Origin: a candidate division FCPU426 bacterium
GTDB lineage: Bacteria; Oederibacteriota; JAAXVQ01; JAUVAV01
Direction: 5' to 3'
DNA length: 64,000 nt
NCBI GenBank assembly: GCA_030637655.1
Contig: DAOWGI010000005.1
Coordinates: forward strand, 1-64,000
Below, in pieces: positions 39,756-48,547 of this stretch. Numbering within the stretch: the stretch's first letter is position 1; each line of letters opens with the position of its first letter. Below the pieces are notes generated by a model. That model was given only the letters and a program-made list of their open reading frames with translations. It was not told where the DNA came from and searched no databases. Both the position numbers and the translations under genes were made by a program.

Positions 39756-41400
39756 TTTCGCCTTGTAGTTTTCGAATCAAAGAAATCAGACGACGACGTT
39801 CCGGCGCCTTGGGACGCAGTTTTAAATAGGTCACATATTCTTTGGCCCCTTCTTCGCGATATCCCTGAGCAACAAACTCCGTTCCCAGCCAGAGATGGTC
39901 CTTGGGGTGTTTACGGCGAGCCGCCCTTTGCGCTTTGTCTAATTGTTTGCGCGCTTCAGCGCCTAATCTCTTTTTGCGCAGCGTCTTGGTCATTAACAGC
40001 AAAATCTCGAAGTTGCGCGGTTGTATGCTCAGAGCAATACTGGTGTAAGAATACGTCCGGTCAAAATTTCCTTTTTCAAAAAAGGATTGTCCCAAGATCA
40101 GGGCGGTTTTGGATTTTAGCAGTTTGACTTCGCGCCAGGTTTTCACTGCTTCTAATTTGTAAATTTCAGTCATAACGTCCATATAACGTTTCAGACGGTA
40201 TAAGGCCGAAGCGCGCAAGTAATATAGTTTGGCGTTGGCGGGTTCGAGTTTTAAGACTTCCTTAAGATAGACTTCCGCATGTTTGTCATTGCGCTTGAGA
40301 AGCAACTGACCCAATTCACGCTGAAACGGTTTCTTTTGCAGTTCGGTCCCCTGTTGGTCCAATCCCCGGAGCAATATTTTTTCCGCCGCTTCGACGTCTT
40401 TCAGAAAACGCTGAACATAACCCAGGAGTAAGTAATTGCGGTAATTGGCAGGATGCATAGCTAAATTTTCCAAGGCAATTTTTTTGGCTTGCTCGTATTG
40501 TTTTTTGGTTAAATAATATTCCACTTGTGCGTTCATGAGTAACGGCTGATGGGGTTCGTGTTTGGCGGCAGCCTCGATGTCCTGCCAAGCCAGTCTCAAG
40601 TTCTTATCACGGAATTTGCCTTGCTGATTATGGGCGATATTGATACGGCAATTGGCACGTGTGGCAAGCGCCAAGACAAATTTAGGATCGCTTTTGAGAG
40701 CCCGCTTGAGCATTGGCAGCGCTTTTAAACAGAGGGTTTTGCCGCTCGGATTGGGAGCAAGGGTGTTCAAAGCCGATATATAGGTCTGGTAGGTGTTAAA
40801 CAAGTTGGTTCCCGGTATTTTCCTCATGGCCTTGGTTTCGGCAGCGGTAACCTTAAGATTTAAAATATCGCTGGTTTTTTCAAAGAGTTTAAAATACAGC
40901 TTTTGCAACTGATTTTTAGTTCCGCTGATTTTAAACGACCGGGCTTCAAAATTGCGTCCCGGTATTATTTTGCAATTTAATATAATTTGTTTTCCTTTTA
41001 TTTTATAATTTCCGTACAGCAAGGAAATATCCTTTTCGTCTGCCAGGATTTCCATCTGTCCCGGTTCTGGAGCGCTGTTTCCTAATTTGTATTCCTGCTG
41101 CAAGGCTTCCAGTTCGTCATTTTTTAAAAAAACAATGGTTTTCAACGACAAGGTGGCCTGTGCCATGGCAATACGAAAGGCATTTCCGAACCACGCATGT
41201 TTTTTCGCCATGGCATTGGCAGGCCGCAAAGGTACTACTAAGAGATATTTTTCGAAAGCAGCAGCTTGACTCTGCCCGGGACAGAGCACTATAAAAAACA
41301 AGAGTACACAAAACATGCACAGCGGCCGGTATTGTTTCAAGGGAAGTCCCCACTTTCCTAGCAAAATAAGGTTACTTAAGCAGGCTGAAGGTTTTTTCAC
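39745..41400 (-). CDS. Exported TPR protein with an N-terminal alpha/beta (TolB_N/CsgG-like) domain
   Basis: Signal-like N-terminus, LLVVPL...LLYGNY domain and many TPRs. Confidence 0.75.
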   Translation of the reverse strand: MKKPSACLSNLILLGKWGLPLKQYRPLCMFCVLLFFIVLCPGQSQAAAFEKYLLVVPLRPANAMAKKHAWFGNAFRIAMAQATLSLKTIVFLKNDELEALQQEYKLGNSAPEPGQMEILADEKDISLLYGNYKIKGKQIILNCKIIPGRNFEARSFKISGTKNQLQKLYFKLFEKTSDILNLKVTAAETKAMRKIPGTNLFNTYQTYISALNTLAPNPSGKTLCLKALPMLKRALKSDPKFVLALATRANCRINIAHNQQGKFRDKNLRLAWQDIEAAAKHEPHQPLLMNAQVEYYLTKKQYEQAKKIALENLAMHPANYRNYLLLGYVQRFLKDVEAAEKILLRGLDQQGTELQKKPFQRELGQLLLKRNDKHAEVYLKEVLKLEPANAKLYYLRASALYRLKRYMDVMTEIYKLEAVKTWREVKLLKSKTALILGQSFFEKGNFDRTYSYTSIALSIQPRNFEILLLMTKTLRKKRLGAEARKQLDKAQRAARRKHPKDHLWLGTEFVAQGYREEGAKEYVTYLKLRPKAPERRRLISLIRKLQGEIDE

Positions 41401-42623
41401 ACTCCGGCATGTTCCAGGCCCAAAGTGGATCCGGTAATATCGCCTTCCAAGAGATAAAGCCGTATACGATCACCGCGTGTGGCCGGCGCGCCGCTTTTTC
41501 TCAAACGGTACAACCGTTCCGGCAGAAACAAGGCCGGTAAAGACCATAATTTTTTCTCTGTAAAGCGCACCGCATATTCACGCGTGGCAAGGAGTTCTCG
41601 ATATCCCCATCCGGGAACCGCGGCACTTTTATGCAAATTGATTTCTTTGACCGGTTCAATTCCGGTTCCTTGAGCATAGTTATTCCAGGTGCCGATCTGA
41701 ATGAATTGTGCCTGATTCCTTAAATTGTCTTCCCACGTGGCGGAATACTTTTCTCCCTGACGCCGGGAAAAAACACGGGGTCCGCGATCACCGCTCCCGC
41801 CGCAGCCTCGATCATCATAACCGGGATTGACAATTCCAGAAATGAACTGATAACGTCCTTTGCTTACGGCATTTTGACAATTTTCCCAAAACATTTCATC
41901 CGTATCATAATCCGAAAAATAAATGTTAACTCCGGGAGCAACGCTTTCCCATTGTGAAAAATCAACGCCGTACATCTGCGATTGATAGTTTTGGATCACA
42001 AACAAGTTGGATTTTAACTGATTTTGTAATTGATCCCATTCAGCCACGGTGAAAAAGGGCCAATCCCAGGCGGGGTTGGACTTGCCGCAATTTTCGAGTA
42101 TCAGCAGCGGCTTGTTCTCTATGCGCAAATATGCTGTTGAGGAAAAGAAATGCTCCTCAGCATACTGTATAATAGTAAGCGCGTGTTGCACGGCTTCAAC
42201 TCGGTTTTTCACCTGGGTTTGCAGCGGTGGAAAACAGCTATCATCGTTAAAACAGAAGGCGATTTTAAAATCCAGTTGTTCTGCTTGCTTTAGCAATACT
42301 TTGATATGCTCTACGTCTATTTCGGTAATGCCCTGTGTCGCATGAGCGAAATAGTCAATAATAAAAGCATCAATACCAACGGCTTTGGCCAAAAGGATAT
42401 GATATTCCGCCAGATCCGGATCCCCGGAATCATAAGTTCCGATGACCGGCATATAAACTGAGGCAATATCATATTCACCATTGGGCAAACGGTTTTGCGG
42501 ATTGTGATGATATTTGGCAGGTTTGTTCTTGCCTGAAAATTTCCAACGACCCCAGTCACTGGAAAATTCAGGATTTCGATATGAAATCAAGTAACGTGCA
42601 GCCAATAGCGGTTTCATTTCCAT
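41397..42623 (-). CDS. GH99-like (endo-alpha-mannosidase fold) protein with catalytic glutamates apparently replaced
   Basis: IASVYMPVIGTYDSGDP, AVGIDAF, PGYDDR and TWNNYAQGTGIEP. Confidence 0.8.
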   Translation of the reverse strand: MEMKPLLAARYLISYRNPEFSSDWGRWKFSGKNKPAKYHHNPQNRLPNGEYDIASVYMPVIGTYDSGDPDLAEYHILLAKAVGIDAFIIDYFAHATQGITEIDVEHIKVLLKQAEQLDFKIAFCFNDDSCFPPLQTQVKNRVEAVQHALTIIQYAEEHFFSSTAYLRIENKPLLILENCGKSNPAWDWPFFTVAEWDQLQNQLKSNLFVIQNYQSQMYGVDFSQWESVAPGVNIYFSDYDTDEMFWENCQNAVSKGRYQFISGIVNPGYDDRGCGGSGDRGPRVFSRRQGEKYSATWEDNLRNQAQFIQIGTWNNYAQGTGIEPVKEINLHKSAAVPGWGYRELLATREYAVRFTEKKLWSLPALFLPERLYRLRKSGAPATRGDRIRLYLLEGDITGSTLGLEHAGV

Positions 42624-42679
42624 GACAACCCAGACCTCCCTTAAAGTAATTTTTATATGCTAAGTTATTTTTTTCAATG

Positions 42680-42985
42680 TTACTGATTTGTATTATATAT
42701 GTATGACTTCACAACACCTTCCGGCGTGTAGACAATTGTTAAATCAGTCGTCACCGGCGACCCGAATAGACCGAATTTATAATTCAGATACGTGGCCGTG
42801 GGATCACCGGAATCAATACCTGTACGAAACGGACTTCCCAAAGGCTTTTCAATGTCAGCACGAGTGGTTTTGCCGATTACAATTTCGGAAACCACCGTAG
42901 CTGGAAATGGTTTGCCCACAGTTACGCAGCCGGTAAATGAAATCAATAAAATGCCTGACAAAAGGAGCCAAATTATGTTTTTCAT
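42680..42985 (-). CDS. Small lipoprotein, SmpA/OmlA (BamE)-like
   Basis: Lipobox FTGC; IVIGKTTRADIEKPLGSP. Confidence 0.75.
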   Translation of the reverse strand: MKNIIWLLLSGILLISFTGCVTVGKPFPATVVSEIVIGKTTRADIEKPLGSPFRTGIDSGDPTATYLNYKFGLFGSPVTTDLTIVYTPEGVVKSYIYNTNQ

Positions 42986-43026
42986 ATGCTTTATCCTTTC
43001 ATGAAAAAAAAATATTTCCAGCTTGT

Positions 43027-43473
43027 TTATTTGATGCGATATTCTTCAAACCGGTCATGGGTAACACCACATATTGGGCATACATCAGGAGGCAAAGGCC
43101 TGACGCAAAGATAACCGCAAACTTTGCAGCGCCACATTTTTATGGGCGATGGTGGCCTGTCTTTTCGTTCTGGAACCGTAATCACCTCTTTTTTTTTCAC
43201 GAGGACCTCCCGACTGACATACAAACCGCAATAACATGTGCCGAATTCATTTATGTCTTCATCCCGATAATCGCAGGGACAAATCATGGAAAGGTCTTGT
43301 GTGTACTTCCCTGTGGCCAAGCGACAGGGACAAAACAGATAACCGTACCGTTCTTCATTGATCAGCAGACTTTCCAACAACTGGTTAGTCATGGAATCGT
43401 CGGGATTCAGAAAATTTCCCCCTCGTTTCTGAACAACTTCTTTCAATTTGGAAATCGCATACTGGTCCGGCAT
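43027..43473 (-). CDS. Ferredoxin-thioredoxin reductase catalytic subunit fused to rubredoxin (FDR-like)
   Basis: CPC, CPC and CYC motifs; C-terminal CKVC...CPIC. Confidence 0.92.
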   Translation of the reverse strand: MPDQYAISKLKEVVQKRGGNFLNPDDSMTNQLLESLLINEERYGYLFCPCRLATGKYTQDLSMICPCDYRDEDINEFGTCYCGLYVSREVLVKKKEVITVPERKDRPPSPIKMWRCKVCGYLCVRPLPPDVCPICGVTHDRFEEYRIK

Positions 43474-43724
43474 TATTTTTTACAGGCGTTACGAATTTCT
43501 TCAGGTTTGAAACCAACTACCACATTTCCTTCCGCAAAAACCAGAGTTGGAAAACTCTTGACCGGATTATGTTTGCCCAGTTCTTGCATGGCCGCTTCAC
43601 GTTTATCGCCGGTTAATTTATCCATGGCGATTTCATCGAATTTAATTCCATTCTCTTTTAAGTGTACGCGTGTTTTTCGGCACCAAATGCAGGTGGAAAG
43701 TGAATAAAATTTGATTTTTTTCAT
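43473..43724 (-). CDS. Glutaredoxin/NrdH-like redoxin
   Basis: CIWC, SFPTL and VVGF; AGGAGG RBS before ATG 43724. Confidence 0.9.
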   Translation of the reverse strand: MKKIKFYSLSTCIWCRKTRVHLKENGIKFDEIAMDKLTGDKREAAMQELGKHNPVKSFPTLVFAEGNVVVGFKPEEIRNACKK

Positions 43725-43780
43725 AAACGGACCTCCTATATACCAGGTTATTCTAATATTCTTTATTTTAATTGTCAAAT

Positions 43781-43901
43781 GTCAATATAGCGGTAACCCC
43801 GGACTTTAGTCCGGGGTTACCGCATTCCCTCTACCTTTTAGGGAGAGGGATAAAGGGTGAGGGTTACCTGAATACTCCGCACTTCAGTGCGGGGATGATT
43901 T
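43781..43901. repeat. Cluster of three hairpins, possibly an IS200/IS605-derived element
   Basis: gcggtaaccccggact-tt-agtccggggttaccgc; ccctctaccttttagggagagggataaagggtgaggg; tactccgcacttcagtgcggggat. Confidence 0.55.
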
Positions 43902-43917
43902 ATTCATTGTTAGTTTT

Positions 43918-44841
43918 TTATTTTTGGGCTTGTTCCAACATTACTTGAAAGGCCTTACTGGCTTCTCCGAAATACACGCTCATGTGCGGGAAAGGAATTT
44001 CAATCCCCTTTTCATCAAATGCTTTTTTTAATCTTCTGCGGTACTCGCGCGCGACTTCCCATTGTTTGATCGGTCTGGTTTTCACTCTGGCTTTAACCAC
44101 TACCGCGGAATCTGCGAAATCATCAACACCAAACACTTCCAATGGTTCCAAAATCATAGGTCTGTATTTTTCATCTGAACGCATGGATTCCAGGACAGCG
44201 GACATAATTTCCGAGACTTGATCAGTATCTTCTTTGTACGCTACACCGATATCAAATACATAGGCCGACCATCCCAGGGTCATATTGGAAATTGTATTAA
44301 TAGAACCATTGGGAAAAATATGGACCACACCGGATAAATCACGCAATACAATGGTACGTAAATTGATGGCTTCCACCAATCCGCCGGTGCCGTTAATGAT
44401 GGCCACATCCCCTAAACGCACCTGGTTTTCTAAAATCAAAAACAAACCGCTAATAAAATCTTTGATCAGACTTTGAGCGCCAAAGCTTACGGCCAAACCA
44501 AGCACACCGGCTGTGGCCACCATGGGGCCTATATTGATACCCAATTGCGAAAGCACGATCATGATCGCCACACTCCACATAATCCCATAAACCGTTTTTC
44601 TTAAAACACTAACCAAGGTGCGTATTCTTTTGTTCAGTTCTTCTTCCCGGTGTTTATCTTCGGCTTCTTTTTTCAACATTCGTTTTGTCATGAATCCTTC
44701 AAAACCACGCAACATGTATTTCAAAAATAGATTCAAAACAATGAAGAGCAGAAGCGTTAACACAATACGCGGTCCAGCTACCAGTATGAATTCCAAGAAA
44801 TCTCTTGAATATTGTGTAAAATCAATATTGAATTTTTCCAT
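43918..44841 (-). CDS. Small-conductance mechanosensitive channel (MscS/YbiO-like)
   Basis: GLAVSFGAQSLIKDFISG, GLVEAINLR and GIEIPFP. Confidence 0.93.
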   Translation of the reverse strand: MEKFNIDFTQYSRDFLEFILVAGPRIVLTLLLFIVLNLFLKYMLRGFEGFMTKRMLKKEAEDKHREEELNKRIRTLVSVLRKTVYGIMWSVAIMIVLSQLGINIGPMVATAGVLGLAVSFGAQSLIKDFISGLFLILENQVRLGDVAIINGTGGLVEAINLRTIVLRDLSGVVHIFPNGSINTISNMTLGWSAYVFDIGVAYKEDTDQVSEIMSAVLESMRSDEKYRPMILEPLEVFGVDDFADSAVVVKARVKTRPIKQWEVAREYRRRLKKAFDEKGIEIPFPHMSVYFGEASKAFQVMLEQAQK

Positions 44842-44862
44842 CGGGTTGCTCCTTTTTAAGCA

Positions 44863-45534
44863 TCAATCGGAAAACGAGACCTTTTTTTTATAATTAATAA
44901 ACCGAATGGTCAAATTATGCCGTTCGTCACTATCGCGAATTTGAAAGCGTATTTTTTTATAATGTGTTTTAAGCGGTAATGAATACCTAAACCGTCCGGT
45001 AGCGCTATGCAGGACAATTTCTTCAACTTGTTCGGGAGTCGTATATACGTATAATTTTTTAATTGGTGTCCGGGTAATGCTCTTTTTCTTCTTTTTGCCG
45101 GAAGCAATGAAATCCAGTTCCACTTTTATATCAATGCCGTATCGTCGATCAACGCGCACTACATACTCGACGCCTCGGTAAAATGGTTTTTCCGCCGGAG
45201 CTTTGGTAAGTATGGGCCGCTGTCTCAGTTTTTTTCGTTTTTCTTCTTTCCCGGTTTGGAAATAGAGATCCTGAGGTTGTTTTACTTGCAATACTTTCAA
45301 GGAACGAATCATTATCGCTTTCGTTCGGTTCTGTTTAGTCAAGAACCCGAACATATTTTTAGCATTCCAAGGGATTGAGGAATGTTTTTTTGGCAGCGAG
45401 GGTGAGGTTGTAAAATCAGTTTCGGATTCTGCACCAGGGCTTGAGTACGCTGTTGGAGTAGCACTCGCTATTTTACTGCCAAACACCATAAAAAAGCCCA
45501 GAACAATAATCACCTGATATTTGGTAGCATTCAT
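44863..45534 (-). CDS. Hypothetical exported basic protein
   Basis: Signal peptide; 223-aa ORF. Confidence 0.6.
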   Translation of the reverse strand: MNATKYQVIIVLGFFMVFGSKIASATPTAYSSPGAESETDFTTSPSLPKKHSSIPWNAKNMFGFLTKQNRTKAIMIRSLKVLQVKQPQDLYFQTGKEEKRKKLRQRPILTKAPAEKPFYRGVEYVVRVDRRYGIDIKVELDFIASGKKKKKSITRTPIKKLYVYTTPEQVEEIVLHSATGRFRYSLPLKTHYKKIRFQIRDSDERHNLTIRFINYKKKVSFSD

Positions 45535-45560
45535 TTTTCTCTACCTGCTTTCCGAAATTA

Positions 45561-45865
45561 GTATCTTAGTTCTCAAATTCGTGCTTTTTATCCGCCTTCG
45601 CAGAAGACCCCGGCCTTGGCCTAAGATGAATGCGTAAGTTGCTACGGCGTGATGTCGCCCCACCACTTGGGCGGATAACCGCGGCGAAGCCGGGTATTCC
45701 GGGTACCACGGGCTTGTCCGTGGGGCTCCATGGCAGAAAATTATTCGCCGTAAAGAGCGCAAAGAATTTTTTTTGTCAGGATAACAGGATTGACAGAATT
45801 TATTTAAAATCCCGTACATCCTGTTAATCCTGTCAAATATCTTTAGTTCCGGCTTGTCCGGGTTA
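45561..45865 (-). repeat. Nonamer-repeat element, host of a nested insertion
   Basis: Homologous to 62394-62550 apart from a 140-bp insert. Confidence 0.8.
45592..45731 (+). mobile_element. Non-autonomous IS200/IS605-like (PATE-type) element
   Basis: Inserted 3' of TTTAT with no clear target duplication; subterminal hairpins; empty site at 62519/62520. Confidence 0.75.
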
Positions 45866-47104
45866 GATATCTGCGGATTTGCTTTTCTTAACTTCCCCGG
45901 CTTTATGTTTGTTTAGTATTTTCTCAATGTCTTGCTCAAATTCCTGTTTTTGCCAAGTGCGTACTTCATTCCCGGCTTTGTCCAGGGTTTGATAATTCGC
46001 CAAACGTTCCAAACTGGACATGGGCCACAACAAGGCTGGATCCAGACCGGAATTTTTTCCCCGGGCCGCACGCCATGATTTTAAAGCAGTAAAGAGTTCC
46101 ATGGTTTCAATATTTTTTCGCACAGAGGGTTTGCGTCCGGAGTTTTTTTGCAGTGGAATCGGTGCAGTAGCTCTTCCCTGTTTCAGTGCCTGATGCAAGG
46201 CCGACTGCCGTCGTTTTTGAAATACCACGGCCAATCCTTTAATGTTTTTAAATTCCGCTTCAGGACTCCTGGCCAGCGCAATCAACACATCATCACCCAT
46301 GACACGAAACGGGGCACGATCCATTTCACGGCAAAGTTTTTCCCGGAAAATAGCAACCTGTTGAAGAACAGCACGCTCCTTATCGTTTAGTTTGCGGCTT
46401 CCTTTGACCGACCATAATAAGGCTTCGTCACCAACAGGGCCATCGGATTTTAATTTTTCCAGCAATGAAACTTCCTCCAGCGCCCAAGCGTCCCTGCCTT
46501 TGTGTTGCAACCGGTGCAGCAATACGTCTTTGAGTTTTAAAAGATAACAAACATCTCCTGCCGCGTACACTAGTGATTTTTGCTCTAAAGGCCGACAGGT
46601 CCAATCCTGCCTCTGCAAGGATTTGCTCTTGGGCAATTCGACACCTAAGAACTCCTGCAAAACATTCGACAATCCCAGTTTTTTTGAGCCTAAAAAATGA
46701 GCTGCCACAGCAGTATCAAAAAGATTTTTTACGCGAAAACTAAAATCACGATCTAAGGCACGCAAGTCATTTTCACAGGAATGAAAAACTTTGCAAACCG
46801 CGGGATTGGCCAGAAGTTTTCCCAATCCCTTTAGATTGGTGCCAACCAGCGGATCCAGTAAATAAACCTGGTCGTACAATCCAATTTGTATCAAGCAGAT
46901 ACGATCAGGATAACGATAGTAACCATTGCTCTCGATGTCCAGCGCTAAAATAGGTTCTTTTTGCAACTGTTCAACCAGAGCGTCCCATTCATCCTGGTTG
47001 GCAATCAGCCGAAATTGTTTTTTGGCATCATGGGGTATTCCGGCTGCATATGTCTCTGTTTGTTTCGTTACACTCAATTTAGTTTTTTGTACGCAGGGCG
47101 GCAA
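45863..47104 (-). CDS. rnd: Ribonuclease D family 3'-5' exonuclease with HRDC domain
   Basis: ALDIES, CLIQI, FDTAVAA and QDWTCRPL...YAAGDV. Confidence 0.9.
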   Translation of the reverse strand: MPPCVQKTKLSVTKQTETYAAGIPHDAKKQFRLIANQDEWDALVEQLQKEPILALDIESNGYYRYPDRICLIQIGLYDQVYLLDPLVGTNLKGLGKLLANPAVCKVFHSCENDLRALDRDFSFRVKNLFDTAVAAHFLGSKKLGLSNVLQEFLGVELPKSKSLQRQDWTCRPLEQKSLVYAAGDVCYLLKLKDVLLHRLQHKGRDAWALEEVSLLEKLKSDGPVGDEALLWSVKGSRKLNDKERAVLQQVAIFREKLCREMDRAPFRVMGDDVLIALARSPEAEFKNIKGLAVVFQKRRQSALHQALKQGRATAPIPLQKNSGRKPSVRKNIETMELFTALKSWRAARGKNSGLDPALLWPMSSLERLANYQTLDKAGNEVRTWQKQEFEQDIEKILNKHKAGEVKKSKSADI

Positions 47105-47516
47105 ATTCTTCCTTGGATATGCCGGACCAACGTTTTCCTTTCTGTATGAGATATGTTTCCAAGGCTGCTAAATTCGCGAAAAAATGTTCGTGATCATTAG
47201 CGCCGGTGTTTCCGTGGCATTCGGTTTCACCGGATTCATCCCAGCCGTAATCCCGACAAATTTTCGGCCGGTTATGATACATCCCGCATTTTCCCTCATT
47301 CGAAAGAAAATCACATTTGTTGTTTACTTGCAAATACCATTCTTTATCTTCAATGAACAAAGCCACATCTCTGTGCGCGATATACCAACGCAGATGATCG
47401 TAATCTTCCGCGCTGCGCGGTTTATCAATCTGTAGGGCGAAATATCGGCAGCATTGGCCACCACAGACATGGCAATTGAGTACCGGTTGTTTCTGTTGCG
47501 AATCGTTTTCTGACAT
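47079..47516 (-). CDS. YkgJ family cysteine-cluster protein
   Basis: CHVCGGQCC, CDFL and CGMYHNRPKICR. Confidence 0.88.
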   Translation of the reverse strand: MSENDSQQKQPVLNCHVCGGQCCRYFALQIDKPRSAEDYDHLRWYIAHRDVALFIEDKEWYLQVNNKCDFLSNEGKCGMYHNRPKICRDYGWDESGETECHGNTGANDHEHFFANLAALETYLIQKGKRWSGISKEEFAALRTKN

Positions 47517-47533
47517 CCTGGTAAAATTCCTTT

Positions 47534-48487
47534 CTATTGAATATTATTTAAGGCTTGCAGCGCTTCTTGACGGATCATATGGTTTTCGTTTTTCGTCAAT
47601 TCTTTCAATTGAGGCCGGGCCAGCGGATCTCCGATTTCACCCAAGGCCCGGATAGCGGCTATGCGTACATCCTGGTCCTCATTACGAGTGGTAGATAGTA
47701 AGGCAATCACGACTTTTTCGCCAGCAAAAAAAGACAATTCATCACAAGCCAGAAGACGAATTTCCGGGCCGGCATGGCCCAGGGCACGTATTAATCCTTG
47801 TATGGCAGCGGGAGTCTTGATTCTGCCAAGTGCTATGACAACCTCCCGGCATACCCGTTTGTTCGGATCTTCCAATCGTTTTATCAGTTTTGGCACAGAT
47901 GCTTTGTGTTTCATACGGCCCAAGACTTTGATTGCTTCAAGTCGTACAACCGATTCCTTATCTCCCAGCAAATTTTGGATGTCCGGAATTGCGGCTTTAG
48001 AATGAATATATCCCAACGCTTGCAGCGCGCCAACACGTTTAAATTTGTAGGTATGACCCAAGGCTTTACGCAAGGCCGGCACTGCCGGTTCTCCAAGCAT
48101 GACCAGTCGTTCTATAGCAGTTTGCCTGCGGTGATGCTCGGTTCCCAAATCATGAATGAGTTTACGTATTTCTTTGGCATGCCGGTCATCTTCGGGTGTC
48201 GGTGTATGACGCGGTAATATCTTTTTCAGCATCATTTTACGTTCTTCTTCAGTTGTTGCCAGATCGTCTTTTTTCGTCACTTCTTTGTCTTTGCGAAAAT
48301 ATCGTTGATAAAATTGATATTTTTTTTCATCTTGCTTAGTTCTGCGCCACGGTGTTGGTTTGGGTGTGGGATTTTTAAATTCCGACGCAGTACTGCCTTT
48401 GTGGGTTCTTGCCTCGGATTCCGCAGGCAGGCAGACCATTTCCACACTCGTAAACAGCAAAGCGAGAGCAAATATGAGGTTTAACAT
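47534..48487 (-). CDS. Exported HEAT-repeat protein
   Basis: Repeated VR..A..ALG.I units after a signal peptide. Confidence 0.85.
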   Translation of the reverse strand: MLNLIFALALLFTSVEMVCLPAESEARTHKGSTASEFKNPTPKPTPWRRTKQDEKKYQFYQRYFRKDKEVTKKDDLATTEEERKMMLKKILPRHTPTPEDDRHAKEIRKLIHDLGTEHHRRQTAIERLVMLGEPAVPALRKALGHTYKFKRVGALQALGYIHSKAAIPDIQNLLGDKESVVRLEAIKVLGRMKHKASVPKLIKRLEDPNKRVCREVVIALGRIKTPAAIQGLIRALGHAGPEIRLLACDELSFFAGEKVVIALLSTTRNEDQDVRIAAIRALGEIGDPLARPQLKELTKNENHMIRQEALQALNNIQ

Positions 48488-48547
48488 TATTTACAACATC
48501 TCCACAGCAGTATATCAGGAATTAGGAACTCCCAAAACTGCGATTAT

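Noticed and set aside
45592-45731. SRP, 6S, tmRNA or riboswitch
   Set aside because: No diagnostic motifs recognised, and the empty-site allele shows an insertion; an Rfam scan would settle it
45541-45827. Small ORFs at 45541-45819, 45630-45827, 60366-60623 and 62242-62499
   Set aside because: They are chance frames across repeat elements
45561-45865. Integron attC cassette carrying rnd (stop TAA within TAAC)
   Set aside because: The second copy is oriented opposite to its neighbouring genes, there is no integrase, and the flanking genes are housekeeping
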